Below are positions 8,168 through 10,521 of a stretch of 10,521 bases of DNA, in pieces (position 1 is the first letter of the stretch; every line of letters begins with the position of its first letter). The notes under the pieces were generated by a model, which had not been told where the DNA came from, did not search any database, and saw only the letters and a list, made by a program, of their open reading frames with translations. The stretch is from Pseudobdellovibrionaceae bacterium (GTDB taxonomy: Bacteria > Bdellovibrionota > Bdellovibrionia > Bdellovibrionales > Bdellovibrionaceae): assembly GCA_041288045.1 (NCBI GenBank), contig JBGGMM010000057.1, positions 1 through 10,521 of the forward strand, written 5' to 3'. The translations under genes and the position numbers were made by a program.

Positions 8168-9796
8168 CAGGACAACAGCCAGAAAACACCCAAAATCGGC
8201 CAAAAACCACAGGATCGGGTGGTGATGCAGGCTTTGTCCATGGCTTTTGGCACCATGACCAGCCGAATTCTGGGTCTTTTCAGGGACATGGCCTTTGCGG
8301 CCATGTTTTCACGGACCATCACCGATGCCTGGGGAGTGGCTTTTCGAATCCCCAATATGTTTCGAAGGCTTCTCGGCGAGGGCTCCCTTTCCGTCAGTTT
8401 TATTCCGGTTTTTATTGAAGCCAAGAATCAGGATCCGAGCGGGGCCCGGGCTCACAATTTGGTCAATGGATTTTACTCTCTGCTTTTAATTGTGCTGGGT
8501 GTGCTCACGGCGCTTGGGATTTTGTTTGCCGAGCCTATGGTGGGTCTTTTGGTGGATCTGCCTTTTCATGAAATTCCAGGAAAATTTGAGCTCACAGTGC
8601 GCATGACTCAGATCATGTTCGGATTTATTTTTCTGATGAGCACCTATGCTTTTTTCATGGGGATTTTGAATGCTCTCGGGCAATTTGCGCTGCCGGCGGT
8701 GGCTCCGACATTTTTTAATATTGCCATGATCATTGCCAACTTTGTTCCCAAAGAATGGCAGCCTGTCGAAGGGGACGCTCTGGCCTGGGGAGTGATGGTC
8801 GGCGGATTTTTACAGACTGTGATTTTGATTCCGGCACTGATTCGAGCTGATTATTTTCCAAAGCTTCAGTGGCAGGGGATGAGTCAGGATATCGCCAAAG
8901 TCTGGAAGAACATGATCCCAGGCGCTTTGGGCATGGGTCTTTTGCAAATCACGACGATTGTGAATACCAACTTTGCTTCCAGGCTTGGGGAAGGTTCGAA
9001 TACTTTCATTTACCTGGCGGATCGACTTTTAGAATTGCCATTGTCCTTGGTGTCGGTGTCTTTGGGAACAGCTTTGCTGCCGACTTTGGCTTCTCTTTGG
9101 TCGCAAGGGGAAAAGCAAAAAACTGTCGAGACTGCCAATTATTATTTGCGACTGAATCTTTTTGTCTCGGTTCCGGCGGCTTTGGGGCTTTATTATTTGG
9201 CTCATCCCATCGTGCAACTGTTGTTTGAGAATGGAAAATTCACGGCGGCGGATTCTTTGATGACGGCTTCTGTTGTGCAGATTTATGCCTTCACTCTGAT
9301 TATCTCAAGTTCTGTGCGGGTGTTGGTTCCTTCCTATTACGCTGTGAAAAACACTTGGTTCCCGGCTGTGGTTTCGGCGGTTTGTTTGGTCGCTCATATT
9401 TTGATTGCTCCTTGGATGATGCGAATGTGGGGGATTCAGGGCTTGGTGGCTTCGACTTTGGTGAGTGCCAGTTTGAATCTCTCGTCGCTTTTGATTTTTT
9501 ATCCGCGTTTTATTGCGCCTTTGGGGTACGTGAAAATTTTTGTGAGCTTTTTTAAATTCTGTGTGGCCGGAGTGGTGCTGGCCGGGGTTTGCCGCCTTTA
9601 TCCCTATGCTTTAGCCATTTATGGAAATTTCGGATTGGGAGTGCGAATCCCGCGATTGCTTTCGGTGTTTTCGATTATCGGATTTGCGGCTTTGGCTTAC
9701 TGTGTGGTGAGCTATCTGCTTCGCACAGAAGAGCTGCACCACACTTTGAATTCTTTGCTTGGAAAAATCCGCAGACGACTTAAAAAAAGTCTTTAG
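8162..9796 (+). CDS. murJ: Lipid II flippase MurJ (MviN)
   Basis: TMTSRILGLFRD, AFRIPNMFRRLLGEGSLSVSFIP, YLADRLLELPL, many transmembrane segments; divergent from rpsT. Start may instead be GTG 8222 or ATG 8225 (AGGA at 8211). Confidence 0.97.
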   Translation: MQQDNSQKTPKIGQKPQDRVVMQALSMAFGTMTSRILGLFRDMAFAAMFSRTITDAWGVAFRIPNMFRRLLGEGSLSVSFIPVFIEAKNQDPSGARAHNLVNGFYSLLLIVLGVLTALGILFAEPMVGLLVDLPFHEIPGKFELTVRMTQIMFGFIFLMSTYAFFMGILNALGQFALPAVAPTFFNIAMIIANFVPKEWQPVEGDALAWGVMVGGFLQTVILIPALIRADYFPKLQWQGMSQDIAKVWKNMIPGALGMGLLQITTIVNTNFASRLGEGSNTFIYLADRLLELPLSLVSVSLGTALLPTLASLWSQGEKQKTVETANYYLRLNLFVSVPAALGLYYLAHPIVQLLFENGKFTAADSLMTASVVQIYAFTLIISSSVRVLVPSYYAVKNTWFPAVVSAVCLVAHILIAPWMMRMWGIQGLVASTLVSASLNLSSLLIFYPRFIAPLGYVKIFVSFFKFCVAGVVLAGVCRLYPYALAIYGNFGLGVRIPRLLSVFSIIGFAALAYCVVSYLLRTEELHHTLNSLLGKIRRRLKKSL

Positions 9797-10347
9797 CTCA
9801 AACTCTCTTTGCTGGCCTTCAGTTCTCCATGTTGCAAAAAGCTTCTCAGCATCCAGATGGCTTTGTCGTGGGCGCCCACTCTTTGGATCATCATGTCCTG
9901 GCTAAAGAGGTCGCTGGCATCACCGCTGGTGAGCGCAGCTTGATGGGCGCGCTTGGAGAGCAAAGTGTGGCCGGAAATCAGATCTAAAAGAGCCTGGTCA
10001 TCTTGAGCTGGACGTTTGCGCATTTCTTCCAGGTCAGAGTTGGCCAAGATGGTTTCCAGCGAAATCGGAGCGACTCGGCCCATGGCTCTCAGTCTTTCAG
10101 CGATTTCATCAATGGACTCAGCCAACTGCTGGTATTGCTCTTCGGTGAGCTTGTGGACAGAGAAAAATTTCGGTCCTTGATAGTTCCAGTGAACCGCATA
10201 AGTTTTCATATAAAGCACGAAAGTATCAGCCAAAACCAATTGTAAGGCTTCGGCCACCTCAGGATTTTGTTCCTGCTGAAGATTTTGAGCTTGAGACGGA
10301 ATGGGGCGTTTTGCTTTTGCTGTGTCTTGAGTTTTATTAGCTTTCAT
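9793..10347 (-). CDS. dps: Dps family mini-ferritin (184 aa)
   Basis: LADTFVLYMKT..VHWN..GPKFFSVHKLTEEQY...IDEIAERLRAMG...HDKAIWML; GGAGG SD before ATG 10347, preferred over TTG 10386. Confidence 0.95.
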   Translation of the reverse strand: MKANKTQDTAKAKRPIPSQAQNLQQEQNPEVAEALQLVLADTFVLYMKTYAVHWNYQGPKFFSVHKLTEEQYQQLAESIDEIAERLRAMGRVAPISLETILANSDLEEMRKRPAQDDQALLDLISGHTLLSKRAHQAALTSGDASDLFSQDMMIQRVGAHDKAIWMLRSFLQHGELKASKESLS

Positions 10348-10390
10348 TTTGATTCCTCCCTGGATCGACAGAAGTGGAAAAGGCAAAGAT

Positions 10391-10436
10391 AGTGCCAGCC
10401 CCGAAATTGCTGAATGACAATTTCGGGGCTGGCACT
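10391..10436. repeat. Perfect 19-bp inverted repeat (hairpin; REP-like or terminator-like)
   Basis: AGTGCCAGCCCCGAAATTG (10391-10409), 8-nt loop, CAATTTCGGGGCTGGCACT (10418-10436). Confidence 0.9.
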
Positions 10437-10449
10437 TGGTGCCTTCGGT

Positions 10450-10521
10450 TCACTTCGCTTTTCTTTCGACATCCGGACACTCTTTGCTCTCTCCTCTCAC
10501 TGATTGGTCTTGAACCCTGCC
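10450..10521 (-). CDS. Possible 3' end of an upstream gene entering from the right edge
   Basis: Open frame GRVQDQSVRGESKECPDVERKAK-TGA ends 13 nt before the hairpin. Too short to confirm, and another frame is possible. Confidence 0.3.
   Translation of the reverse strand, partial: GRVQDQSVRGESKECPDVERKAK

Noticed and set aside
7881..8424. ORFs 7881-8225 (+) and 8089-8424 (-)
   Set aside because: Shadows of rpsT and murJ.

Overview
Compact, mostly housekeeping bacterial region; gene content and order suggest a Bdellovibrionota/deltaproteobacterium-like genome (inference). Minus strand, left: class-V PLP aminotransferase > D-2-hydroxyacid (SerA-like) dehydrogenase > purA (cut by the window edge). 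Plus strand, diverging with essentially no spacer: lptE-like lipoprotein > holA > single-domain PilZ protein. An accessory block lies between holA and rpsT: a small secreted protein with a predicted N-terminal His, coupled to a monoheme cytochrome c lipoprotein and preceded by a perfect 7-1-7 inverted repeat, plus a convergent S33-like serine hydrolase lipoprotein. Then rpsT, murJ, dps and a perfect 19-bp inverted repeat. No mobile element, CRISPR or RNA gene is visible. The best candidate for an undescribed system is the two-gene His-protein/cytochrome c unit. That call is speculative, and no database search was possible.
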